DNA from: Candidatus Poribacteria bacterium
Lineage (GTDB): Bacteria > Poribacteria > WGA-4E > UBA9662
DNA length: 64,000 nt
Reading direction: 5' to 3'
Assembly (NCBI GenBank): GCA_046582655.1
Contig: JAYGDX010000201.1
Coordinates: 9,278-73,277 of the forward strand
How positions within the stretch are numbered: position 1 is the stretch's first letter; each line of letters begins with the position of its first letter. Positions 40,696 to 49,618 of the stretch are shown piece after piece. A program made the translations under genes and the position numbers. Under the pieces are notes generated by a model. The model made no database searches. It had not been told where the DNA came from and worked only from the letters and a program-made list of their open reading frames with translations.

Positions 40696-41872
40696 TTATA
40701 CTTTGGGTGAATCCAGTTCAAGCTCAATGGCTTTCTGATACGCCTCAATAGCCGAATCAACCCGTTCAAGTTCAACGGAGGTTAAGCCCAGATAGGAATA
40801 TCCCAAGGCGAGTTTGGGACGGATCTGAGTCAGTTGCTTCGCCCAAAAATAGGCGTTCTGAAACCGTTTCTGCGATATATGAGTCTCAACTAAGGCAACG
40901 TAAGCGGGGATGAAATCTGATTGGATTGAAAGCATCAACTGGCATTGCTCTTCAGCCTCCTGCAACCAACCATGTTTCTGATAAATTTGTACCATAGCGT
41001 ATCGCGCTTGCAAATCTTCTGGGTTGCCTTGCAGTCTGCGACTATAAGGTTTGATTTTCTCATCAACCTGATGCCAGGCTTCGAACAACCTAGTTTCCGT
41101 TTCAGCAAGCTGTTTTCTGCCGAATTTGGCATAAGCCTTTGCTAGATTGTAGTGAGCCGACTTATGTCGAGGCTTCAACGCAACAACCTTTTCCAAAACA
41201 GTGATAGCCTTCGGGTAATCTTTAAGACGCATGTAGGTAACGCCGAGTTCATAGTAAGACTCGATTCGGTTTGGTTCCAACTGAATTGCGGTTTGGTACA
41301 TCTCAACCGCTTTAGACAGATCCCCCCCATCCATGCATAGGTCTGTCCTAAGCTGTGATATGGAGCGTGTAGTGTGGGTTCGACTTAATCGCCTGTCGGA
41401 ACTGTACCATTGCGTTAGTAAAATTGCGTTGTGACACGAAATTTAGTCCTAGTCCCATATACGCCAACACCATCTTTGAATTCAACGAAATTGCCTGCCG
41501 ATAGTAGGTCTCAGCTAGATTAAACTCCCGCTTTCGCCAGAAAAGGGAACCAAGTTCCTGGTGTGCGACAGCCAAATCTGGCTGGATAGATAGCGCTTTC
41601 TGCATCGCTTCAATCCCTTTATCCAGATGGTTTTGCGTTGCATAGATCAATCCCAGACCCACATAAGGCATGGCTGAATTTGGTGCTAGGTTTTGTGCTT
41701 GTTTAAACTTGATCAATGCTTGTATCAAATGATCGTCTTCATAGTGTTGAAGAGCTTGGTTAAGGATTTTTTGGGATTGGACATTATTATCTTCACTCCT
41801 CAATTGTGTTTGAAAGAGGCAGCAGAAGAAAACCATCAGCACTAGCAACACGACAACTGATTTCTTAACCAT
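40696..41872 (-). pseudogene. Secreted TPR-repeat protein, frameshifted near 41320-41365
   Basis: Both ORFs are TPR arrays. The third frame at the junction reads PYHSLGQTYAWMG (TPR consensus) and runs into a G7 tract. Confidence 0.7.
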
Positions 41873-42452
41873 GATATTCTACTTATAAGCGATAAGCGTT
41901 TGAATCTTATTGTATTTTAGTTTTAACTTAACACAACAAACCAACTTGAGCCACAATGGCATCAGTTGGGACGATTACTCCTTATTTCTAACGCAGAAAC
42001 TACCGACAAATTGAAGACCTACGACCACACCGATTTATCTGTGTTTCCCCTTCAGTTTAATGAGCCTCTTTCGATTGGTAAATTAAGGTGTTTTAGTTAT
42101 TCCGGATTGAGGAGGCTCTTGGATTCAACCACGGCCTTAATCTCCAGAATTTTTATCTTACTTTGCAGTATAGCCATGACTTTAATCAGTTCCTTGATGG
42201 GTTTCGTCTCTGCCAATTTCTGACTGAAAAATTGTTATCGTAAAGCAATTGTGTATGTACGTTCGTTAGTTCCCTGGTATCGTCGTCATAAGAGTCAATC
42301 TAAGAGGTTTCTGAGGGATCTATGGTCCCTTGACTAAAGACTAACTGTCGTTGATTCTGAGATTCTAGGCATGGAAGGGAAATAAGGTTGGGCAGGAACC
42401 AACATCTAAACATAAAACAGGTTGGTTTTGATAGCAGGCAACCATTCTTTTG

Positions 42453-43871
42453 CTAGAGTATATCAGCTTTGAGCATGTTTGTTGAGCTAGAGTATCCAAC
42501 TGGCATTCCACCAACAATTACGACTCTGTCTCCTGAGTAACCAAGGCCAGCTTTTAAGATGCTTGCTTTCGATTCATTAATCATTTGATCAATACTTTCA
42601 ATATACCTAGTCGTAACAGCAGATGTTCCCCAATAAAGCATGGACTTCCGTAAAGTTTGCTCGTATGGACTGACAACAGCAATCTTGGCAGATGGCCTAT
42701 ACTTGGAAACCTGCCTTGCTGTGTCACCATAGCGAGTGCAACAAATGATAAGCTTAGCCCCTATTTCCAAGGCAGTGTGACAGGCTGAATGGACAATAGC
42801 GTCTGGAATCGTATCGCCAATAGTAATCGGCTGGCGTTTGAAGGACTCCAGATAATCAATTTTTGACTCGGTTGCCAAAGCAACTTCTTTCATCATCTTA
42901 ACTGATGCCGTTGGATATTTACCGATTGCAGTTTCAGCAGAAAGCATCAGTGCCGAGGTTCCATCTATAATTGCATTTGCAATGTCGGTAACTTCGGCCC
43001 GTGTCGGTCGCGGATTATGAACCATAGATTCAAGCATCTGAGTTGCGGTGATAACAGGTTTGCCCCGATCGTTTGTTAATTTTGTTATTTTTTTTTGAAC
43101 GGCGGGGACTTCTTGCAGAGGAATTTCTAGGCCTAGATCTCCTCTGGCAATCATGACACCGTCGGCTTCTGAAATAATACCTTCCAGCTCGTCAAGAGCT
43201 TCCCGCTTCTCCAGTTTGACAATCACCGGGATATCAAACTTATATTGATCGAGAATCGATTTAAGATTTTTCACATCATCCACATTTCGAACAAAAGATT
43301 GGGCAATCCAATCCACACCAAGTTCTTTGCCAAATAGAAGGTCCTCAATATCCTTTGGGGTTGGAATTGCTACGTCAAGTCCAATTCCAGGCACAGTAAT
43401 TCCTTTCTTTGAACTTAATTCTCCACCAGCAACCACTACGCAATCGACATGGGTTGTCGCAGTTGATCTTACTTGAAGTTGAATCTCTCCATCTGCTAAT
43501 AATATTTGATCTCCAGCAGACAGTGCATTGATGAATTCAGGTGAATTGACCGACACTTTGGTTGCGTCACCAACAATCTGTTCAGCCATCAGTGCAAATT
43601 GAGAGGCCTCGACGAGTTCAACTGAGCCTGACTCAAACGCACCAATCCGCACTTTCGGTCCAGAAAGATCCTGCAGGATTGGAATCCTCATATCTAACAG
43701 CGTTTCTGCTGTTTTAATATTCTTAATGGTTTCAGCATGATCAGCATGTGTTCCGTGCGAAAATGAAACTCGGGCCATATCCATGCCTGAAACAACCAGT
43801 GATTTAATCAGCTCAACCGACTTACTAGCAGGACCGATGGTACAGACAATTTTCGTACGTTTACTATCCAT
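42453..43871 (-). CDS. pyk: Pyruvate kinase
   Basis: TKIVCTIGPAS, FSHG, DLSGPKVR, MIARGDLG, TATQMLESM, PTRAE, LSAETA. Confidence 0.97.
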   Translation of the reverse strand: MDSKRTKIVCTIGPASKSVELIKSLVVSGMDMARVSFSHGTHADHAETIKNIKTAETLLDMRIPILQDLSGPKVRIGAFESGSVELVEASQFALMAEQIVGDATKVSVNSPEFINALSAGDQILLADGEIQLQVRSTATTHVDCVVVAGGELSSKKGITVPGIGLDVAIPTPKDIEDLLFGKELGVDWIAQSFVRNVDDVKNLKSILDQYKFDIPVIVKLEKREALDELEGIISEADGVMIARGDLGLEIPLQEVPAVQKKITKLTNDRGKPVITATQMLESMVHNPRPTRAEVTDIANAIIDGTSALMLSAETAIGKYPTASVKMMKEVALATESKIDYLESFKRQPITIGDTIPDAIVHSACHTALEIGAKLIICCTRYGDTARQVSKYRPSAKIAVVSPYEQTLRKSMLYWGTSAVTTRYIESIDQMINESKASILKAGLGYSGDRVVIVGGMPVGYSSSTNMLKADIL

Positions 43872-43923
43872 CTAAAAATATCTTCAATTGCTCTCCAATG
43901 GATTTAACAAAAATGTGTAGATA

Positions 43924-44151
43924 CTATTTTATCTTCTTCACTTTATAAATTTTCAGAATATATCCTAGGATCCCTATTACACAAATCATCATTAAGAGAA
44001 TAATTTCCTTTGAAACCCCACCCCACTTTCGGTTTACGTATACATGAAAGGATTGACTCATTTCATGAACAGCATTCCTCTCAAAAAATGGCGTATCAAT
44101 TAGGACTTTACGAAACTGGTTGTAAGCATCAATAGCACCGAAGAATTTCAT
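43924..44151 (-). CDS. Small hypothetical protein with a C-terminal TM helix (possibly a remnant)
   Basis: 75-aa ORF with a hydrophobic C-terminal helix and basic tail. Confidence 0.3.
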   Translation of the reverse strand: MKFFGAIDAYNQFRKVLIDTPFFERNAVHEMSQSFHVYVNRKWGGVSKEIILLMMICVIGILGYILKIYKVKKIK

Positions 44152-44316
44152 AGTTAGAAAAAACGGAATGCGTGTTTCCTTAAATCAGCTAATTGGCACA
44201 ACATCAGATCATAAAAATTTGTTCTAGCTCGTGCCTATTAATTATAAGCAATTTGTTGGATTCTCTAAGTATGTCGCAGTAAAGTTCAGTACTGAATTTG
44301 TCTAATCCATCTACAT

Positions 44317-45165
44317 TTAGCTTAGATTGATTGTTAATCCATCCTCTGCAACTATCACTTCTCCACTGTAATGTGATTGAATCTGTTTGGCCATCGAATT
44401 ACCAATTGTACGGTCCCCTGTAATATCTTCAATCACCAAATGCTTGATGATCACTATCTTTATTCCCGCCTCCGACGCAATTTGAGCAATATCTGCCGGC
44501 CCGATATGCCAACTACCCCACGCTTGTTGATCTAAGAATTCGGATGTTCCTGAACATTCAATAGATAGCAGGTCAGCTCCGTGACAAAACTCAGGGAATT
44601 TTTCATCAGGGATTCCATCCCCTGTAATAACGATTCGTTTATTTCCTACGTTTATTCGATAAGCTAAGGTAGGGATTCCAGCGTGATCAATAAATGTTGA
44701 AGATATTTGGTATCTATTGGCTAGGAGAAATTGGCTGGCCTGATGCACTTCATACACCACTGGATCTAATAACGTAATGTCCTTCCCATGCTTCAAGCGA
44801 CTTTCAATATCTTGCTGAAAAGGCGGTCGAATAATCTTTGTTACAAAATCTTTAGTTCCATTTGGACCATAAATCTGCAACCGATTTTTTCGTTTCTTTA
44901 TCCAGCCTACAAACACTAAATAAGGAACATCCACAATATGATCAAAATGTAGGTGTGTTAGGAACAACCGATCTACTGCCTCACATCCTATTCCTGTCCG
45001 AGCAAGGTTGGTGCTAGCTGACCGACCACAATCGAACATGAGGATCTCATTATCAATATTCAGTATTTGCGATGGACCACCTCGGTGTGGATTATCCCGT
45101 ACCGCGCCACTTCCTAACATTACAAACTGTAATTTCATAATAATATTTAGTCGTATCCTCAACAC
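44317..45165 (-). CDS. MBL-fold metallo-hydrolase (RNase Z/AtsA-like)
   Basis: LGSG, FDCG, THLHFDH, DH, TGD, WH, KH, AEDG. Confidence 0.88.
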   Translation of the reverse strand: MLRIRLNIIMKLQFVMLGSGAVRDNPHRGGPSQILNIDNEILMFDCGRSASTNLARTGIGCEAVDRLFLTHLHFDHIVDVPYLVFVGWIKKRKNRLQIYGPNGTKDFVTKIIRPPFQQDIESRLKHGKDITLLDPVVYEVHQASQFLLANRYQISSTFIDHAGIPTLAYRINVGNKRIVITGDGIPDEKFPEFCHGADLLSIECSGTSEFLDQQAWGSWHIGPADIAQIASEAGIKIVIIKHLVIEDITGDRTIGNSMAKQIQSHYSGEVIVAEDGLTINLS

Positions 45166-45348
45166 AGCTCATGCTTTACAGACATGAGTCTAATAAGTCT
45201 ACAAGATTGAAATTCAGTAGGAATGTCTTTAATGCGGGACTCAGGAGTGAAACTAGTTACAACACTGGACGCCTTGCCTGCCAATATTCCGGAAAATGAC
45301 TTCGATAGATCCAACAGGAATATTATGTACCGTATCGAGACCGCCAAC

Positions 45349-46854
45349 TCACAAATCGGCTGTGGCACCTGCGATCTTTGATGCAATTAATTTCTGGACC
45401 TCACCAGTTTCGATAATACGAATTGCTTTTACAAGCTGGTTATCATGATCAAGATCAATTAGCTGATATATTCCAACATTATTATTAAAAACCCGTTTAG
45501 CATCTAGCTTTACTAAATCCGCGCGCAATGATATATTATTTTGTTTTAGTATTTCAAATAGTGGACTGAGATTAGCCTCAAGTTTTGAAAAATCCTGAGG
45601 TGTCTTTCCAGTGATCTTTTCTTCCTCTTCAATCCACACTTCAACAAAATCATTCACATAACGACCATTACGCATTTTCTGTCGCATCTCAGCATCCGCT
45701 ATTTCGAGTTTTGTTGCATCAATATCAATTTGTGGTTCAATACCTTTCTCATTAATTGAAGTGCCGTTTGGAGTGTAATAGGTTGAAATGGTTAATGATA
45801 CCGCCCCTCCATGCTTTAAAGGGATGCGTTGTTGAACAACACCCTTGCCAAAAGTTTTTTTCCCCAGAAGAACACCACGAATATGGTCCTTAATTGCCCC
45901 TGCCACTATCTCTGATCCGCTTGCACTGTATTCGTTTATCAGCACAACAAGTTCTACATCGTCTGGACAAAGGGTTTTTGATTTAGATTTATATTCTTTA
46001 TTAGACTGGGGATGACGCCCTCTGGTCGAAACAATCATCCCCTCAGAAATAAGAGCATCTGAGACATAATAGGCCGAGTCAAGAAGGCCACCAGGATTAT
46101 TACGGAGATCTAAAATTAGTGCTTTGGGTTTTATATTACCTGAATTAAAAAGATCCATCATGGCTTGGTGGAATTCTTCATTAGTTCGTCCAGTAAAGTT
46201 GGTAATTCGTATATAGGCAATTTCATCGTTAACCATAGCCTTTTCAACACTATCAGTTTTGATTTCTCCACGTGTTAAAGTGACATCGAAGGGATCAGAA
46301 CTTCCTCGACGGTGAATCGAAATTGTGACTTTGGTTCCAATTCTTCCCCTGAGAATGCTAACGACATCATTAAGTGTTTTACCACTTGTAATTCCAATGT
46401 TAATTGCTTCTCCCCCGATCTTGGTAATGTAATCACCTGCTTGTAGGCCCGCTTTCATTGCCGGAGTATAAGGTAAGACGGATAAAATTTTCACCAAACC
46501 TTTGTCCACATAAATTCGGATTCCTAATCCACCGAATTTAGCAGTAATGAGATCTTCGCGTTCACGTTGAAAGGACTTTGGGGATTGATAAAAAGAATAA
46601 GGATCACCAAGCGCCGCCAGTGCACCTTTAATTGCGCCTTCGTAAATTTTCTGGCGGTCTACATCTTTGTAATAAAAGGTTTCCGCTTTTGCTATTGCTT
46701 CATTCAGTTTATTAATCAGCGTCATGGTCGTTATTCTTTCTTCACGACCACTTAGTGCACTTTTGCCAATAGTATTGAAGAGGAGAACTGAAACCACCGC
46801 AATTGCAGTTAAAGCAACAATTGAAATAGTGCATTTTCTATTGTATTGAACCAT
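45349..46854 (-). CDS. ctpA: Carboxy-terminal processing protease, S41A family
   Basis: N-terminal TM; DPYS, FGGLG PDZ, LDLRNNPGGLL, SASGSEIVAGA, KTFGKG, YYTPNG. Confidence 0.93.
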   Translation of the reverse strand: MVQYNRKCTISIVALTAIAVVSVLLFNTIGKSALSGREERITTMTLINKLNEAIAKAETFYYKDVDRQKIYEGAIKGALAALGDPYSFYQSPKSFQREREDLITAKFGGLGIRIYVDKGLVKILSVLPYTPAMKAGLQAGDYITKIGGEAINIGITSGKTLNDVVSILRGRIGTKVTISIHRRGSSDPFDVTLTRGEIKTDSVEKAMVNDEIAYIRITNFTGRTNEEFHQAMMDLFNSGNIKPKALILDLRNNPGGLLDSAYYVSDALISEGMIVSTRGRHPQSNKEYKSKSKTLCPDDVELVVLINEYSASGSEIVAGAIKDHIRGVLLGKKTFGKGVVQQRIPLKHGGAVSLTISTYYTPNGTSINEKGIEPQIDIDATKLEIADAEMRQKMRNGRYVNDFVEVWIEEEEKITGKTPQDFSKLEANLSPLFEILKQNNISLRADLVKLDAKRVFNNNVGIYQLIDLDHDNQLVKAIRIIETGEVQKLIASKIAGATADL

Positions 46855-46894
46855 GACGATCCTTAATTACTTCAAAAATTTTAAATACCACACA

Positions 46895-46924
46895 ATTATA
46901 ACATCTTAGCTAGATACTTGACAA
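46895..46924 (-). promoter_or_regulatory. Putative sigma-70 promoter for the S41 protease gene
   Basis: Minus strand TTGTCA-N18-TATAAT with TG at the extended -10 position. Confidence 0.45.
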
Positions 46925-46927
46925 TTT

Positions 46928-47815
46928 CTATGTGGGTTGTGTCTTCCAGCGGTTATGAAGCCATAGCCATTGGTCTGGATATTTTCGAATTTCCCTTTCA
47001 AGAATTTTTAATAAACGCTCAGTATTGTACTGTACATCGTGTTCGAGGTTCTTCGAAATTTCAATATAAAACGGTTCATAAATTTTGACCAAGTGTTGGT
47101 TGTTAGGCTGACGAATACAGACTGAGAATAATATCGGTGCTCCAGTTTTAAGTGCAAGTATCATCGGACTACGAACTGCAGAAGCAGGCTTACCAAAAAA
47201 GTCAACAAATACACCGCTATCTCCTGCATCTTGATCAGCGAAAAAACCGATTGCACAATTTTGCTGAAGCGCAAGTATAATCCTTCGAATGGCTCTTTTT
47301 TTAGGGATAAGTTCAGCACTAAGATGTTGTCGATATTTCCAAACCAATTGATTAAGACGTTTGTTCCTAAGTTCAAAAACGATGGCTTTTATACGGTTGG
47401 GTATTAACACACCAGTAATGAGGCCTGTAAGTTCCCAGTTGCCGAAATGCGGAACAAATATTATTGCTCCTTTGCCCTGACTAAGAGCGATATCTAGGTT
47501 TTCTTTACCTTCAACATTAACCAGCTCCCAGATATTCTCAGTTGTTAATTGAGGGAATTGCAAAAACTCAGCTAAGTTTTTGCCAAGGCCTTGAAAACTT
47601 TTACGACATATTCGCTGAATCTCTTGATCCGAGAATTTTTTGGCAAAAGCGATTTTCAAGTTTGAAATCGCTATGCGCCGCCGTCGCTTCAATACGATAT
47701 ACGAGAGATTACCGATCCACACACCAAGTGCTAAGGCCACCTTTCTCGGTAATAACTGAAATATTGTGGCGACGCATCGGAAAGCCAAAACCTCCATTAA
47801 ATCTCTATTTAGCAA
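46928..47815 (-). CDS. Lipid A late acyltransferase family (LpxL/HtrB-like)
   Basis: NLKIAF, HFGNWE, ADQDAG, VDFFG, PDQWLWLHNRWK. Confidence 0.9.
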   Translation of the reverse strand: MLNRDLMEVLAFRCVATIFQLLPRKVALALGVWIGNLSYIVLKRRRRIAISNLKIAFAKKFSDQEIQRICRKSFQGLGKNLAEFLQFPQLTTENIWELVNVEGKENLDIALSQGKGAIIFVPHFGNWELTGLITGVLIPNRIKAIVFELRNKRLNQLVWKYRQHLSAELIPKKRAIRRIILALQQNCAIGFFADQDAGDSGVFVDFFGKPASAVRSPMILALKTGAPILFSVCIRQPNNQHLVKIYEPFYIEISKNLEHDVQYNTERLLKILEREIRKYPDQWLWLHNRWKTQPT

Positions 47816-47826
47816 GAGGGAAATGA

Positions 47827-48114
47827 CTAACCTGCAATCTCGTCAGCTCTCTTGGCAAATTCAAAATCGAGGCTACTAATTCCGCCAGAGTCGTGGGTAT
47901 TTAGATCTATAGTAACACGGTTATAGACATTAGACCAATCAGGATGATGGTTCATTGATTCCGCAACTAGTGCAACACTTGACATAAAACCAAATGCCTC
48001 AACAAAAGAGTTAAACTGATACTGCTTATGAAGTTTCTCGTCTTGTACTGTCCATCCCGATAGGTCTGAAATTTGATTCTCAATCTGTGATGTGGTTAAT
48101 TTTGGACTCGCCAT
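47827..48114 (-). CDS. phhB: Pterin-4-alpha-carbinolamine dehydratase
   Basis: FVEAFGFM..AESMNHHPDWSNVYNRV..THDSGGIS.LD. Confidence 0.95.
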   Translation of the reverse strand: MASPKLTTSQIENQISDLSGWTVQDEKLHKQYQFNSFVEAFGFMSSVALVAESMNHHPDWSNVYNRVTIDLNTHDSGGISSLDFEFAKRADEIAG

Positions 48115-48227
48115 ACCTAATTATCCTCAATTTTGGTAAGAATTTGGTGGGGTTTGAGATTCGATTTTAGTGTGCCTTGAGGTCAAAGTCAAGCCGAAAT
48201 TGATTTCAACAAACTAAACCAATGTAA

Positions 48228-48256
48228 TTGACAGAAAATTTCAGCTAGTGTATTAT
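48228..48256 (+). promoter_or_regulatory. Putative sigma-70 promoter TTGACA-N17-TATTAT
   Basis: Consensus -35 with a 17-nt spacer, about 55 nt upstream of RBS aggaggg/ATG 48312. Confidence 0.6.
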
Positions 48257-48311
48257 AATAAAATAGTGCATTATAATCCCTATGAATGGGACTAAAATGT
48301 AAGGAGGGATT

Positions 48312-49547
48312 ATGGATTTCCGCTTCGATTTTCGGGAGATTTTTAGATCCGGACGATTGGGTTTCAGCGCAAAGAAAATATTTATTCACTTTGTTGGTCT
48401 TCTAATTGCTTATATAATCTATGAGATTCTGATTTATTTGAGTTTGCTTATTACCAGTATAGATAGTGCTAAGGAGTTCTGGGGTAATCATGCCTTATTG
48501 CCAACTTGTCCATTCATTACCGATTATGGCGGTTTCGAGCCGATTACAAAAATTGTAATGTGGGTGGGGATGTTTGTTTATTTTGCAGCCTTTTTTTTAA
48601 CCAGCACAATGGTCTCTAAGCTTACTATTCAGCAGTTGCGAGGCGATCACTTCTTTTCAATTGGTGAATCTGTTGTCTTCACTAAAAAAAATTGGAAGGT
48701 AATTTTCGGCACCTTTATTGGGGTTGCACTGATCTTTGCCCTTGTTTTAATAACACCAATCACGATTGGCTTGCTCGGCATGATTCCCGTAGTCGGTCAT
48801 TGGATTGTAATGCTGTCATCGATCCTCATGCCAATAGCCTTTTTCATGGGCTTGCTGATGGCATACTTAATCATTGTTTTCGGAATAGGGCTACTTTTTG
48901 TTCCCTCAGTAATTGCGGCGGCTGATTCGGATGTTTTTGAAACTATCGAACAGCATTTCTCAATAATTTGGAACCAGCCTTGGCGAATCGTTGTTTACGA
49001 AGGCCTCCTTCTGTTAACAAAAACAGTTTGTGGCCTAGTTTGGTCGTTTTTCTGTCTGATTGGTTTTGTTCTAATACTCCTTCCGATTCGCTTTCTGATT
49101 CACAACGAAGTGGGAATTTTCATGGCGCATGCCAATGGATTCCTCGGCAACCTGATTCAAAAACTGCCAAATTCCGTTGGTCAAATGGCAGTTTTTGACC
49201 TTGTGACTCCGCAGAGTACTGACCCGGTTGCACTCAAGATTACAGGCTTTATTATAGCAATTACGATATTGTCAATCCTGGCCTTGATTATGGCTTACGT
49301 TTTATCGATTGCTTCAGTCGGAAATACGGTTATCTACTCGATTTTAAGGAAACGGACTGATGGTGAAAATTTGCTTGAAGACAAGGAAGATCTAGTTCCA
49401 ACATTTCCGGATAAAGGTCAAGAGGAAACAGATTCCGGTGGAACGCAAGAAAATGCAGAGTCGGCTTCAGAAGTTTCTGAGACGCCTCGAGGTGAAATTG
49501 CAATCGATCCAGTGGAAACCAATGAGGAAGGGAAAACAGAAGAGTAA
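48312..49547 (+). CDS. Polytopic membrane protein of unknown function with an acidic C-terminal tail
   Basis: Strong RBS, several TM helices, Glu-rich tail. Confidence 0.75.
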   Translation: MDFRFDFREIFRSGRLGFSAKKIFIHFVGLLIAYIIYEILIYLSLLITSIDSAKEFWGNHALLPTCPFITDYGGFEPITKIVMWVGMFVYFAAFFLTSTMVSKLTIQQLRGDHFFSIGESVVFTKKNWKVIFGTFIGVALIFALVLITPITIGLLGMIPVVGHWIVMLSSILMPIAFFMGLLMAYLIIVFGIGLLFVPSVIAAADSDVFETIEQHFSIIWNQPWRIVVYEGLLLLTKTVCGLVWSFFCLIGFVLILLPIRFLIHNEVGIFMAHANGFLGNLIQKLPNSVGQMAVFDLVTPQSTDPVALKITGFIIAITILSILALIMAYVLSIASVGNTVIYSILRKRTDGENLLEDKEDLVPTFPDKGQEETDSGGTQENAESASEVSETPRGEIAIDPVETNEEGKTEE

Positions 49548-49618
49548 GTTTTACTGACAATTTATTTTTGCTTTTAGAGTGTACCAACTGGTTCCGAATT
49601 AACTCAAGGAAGTTTCTC

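Noticed and set aside
41950..42400. Minus-strand helical remnant (..KELIKVMAILQSKIKILEIKAVVESKSLLNPE*), possibly Spy/CpxP-like
   Set aside because: Short, with several stops; similarity too weak to support a call.
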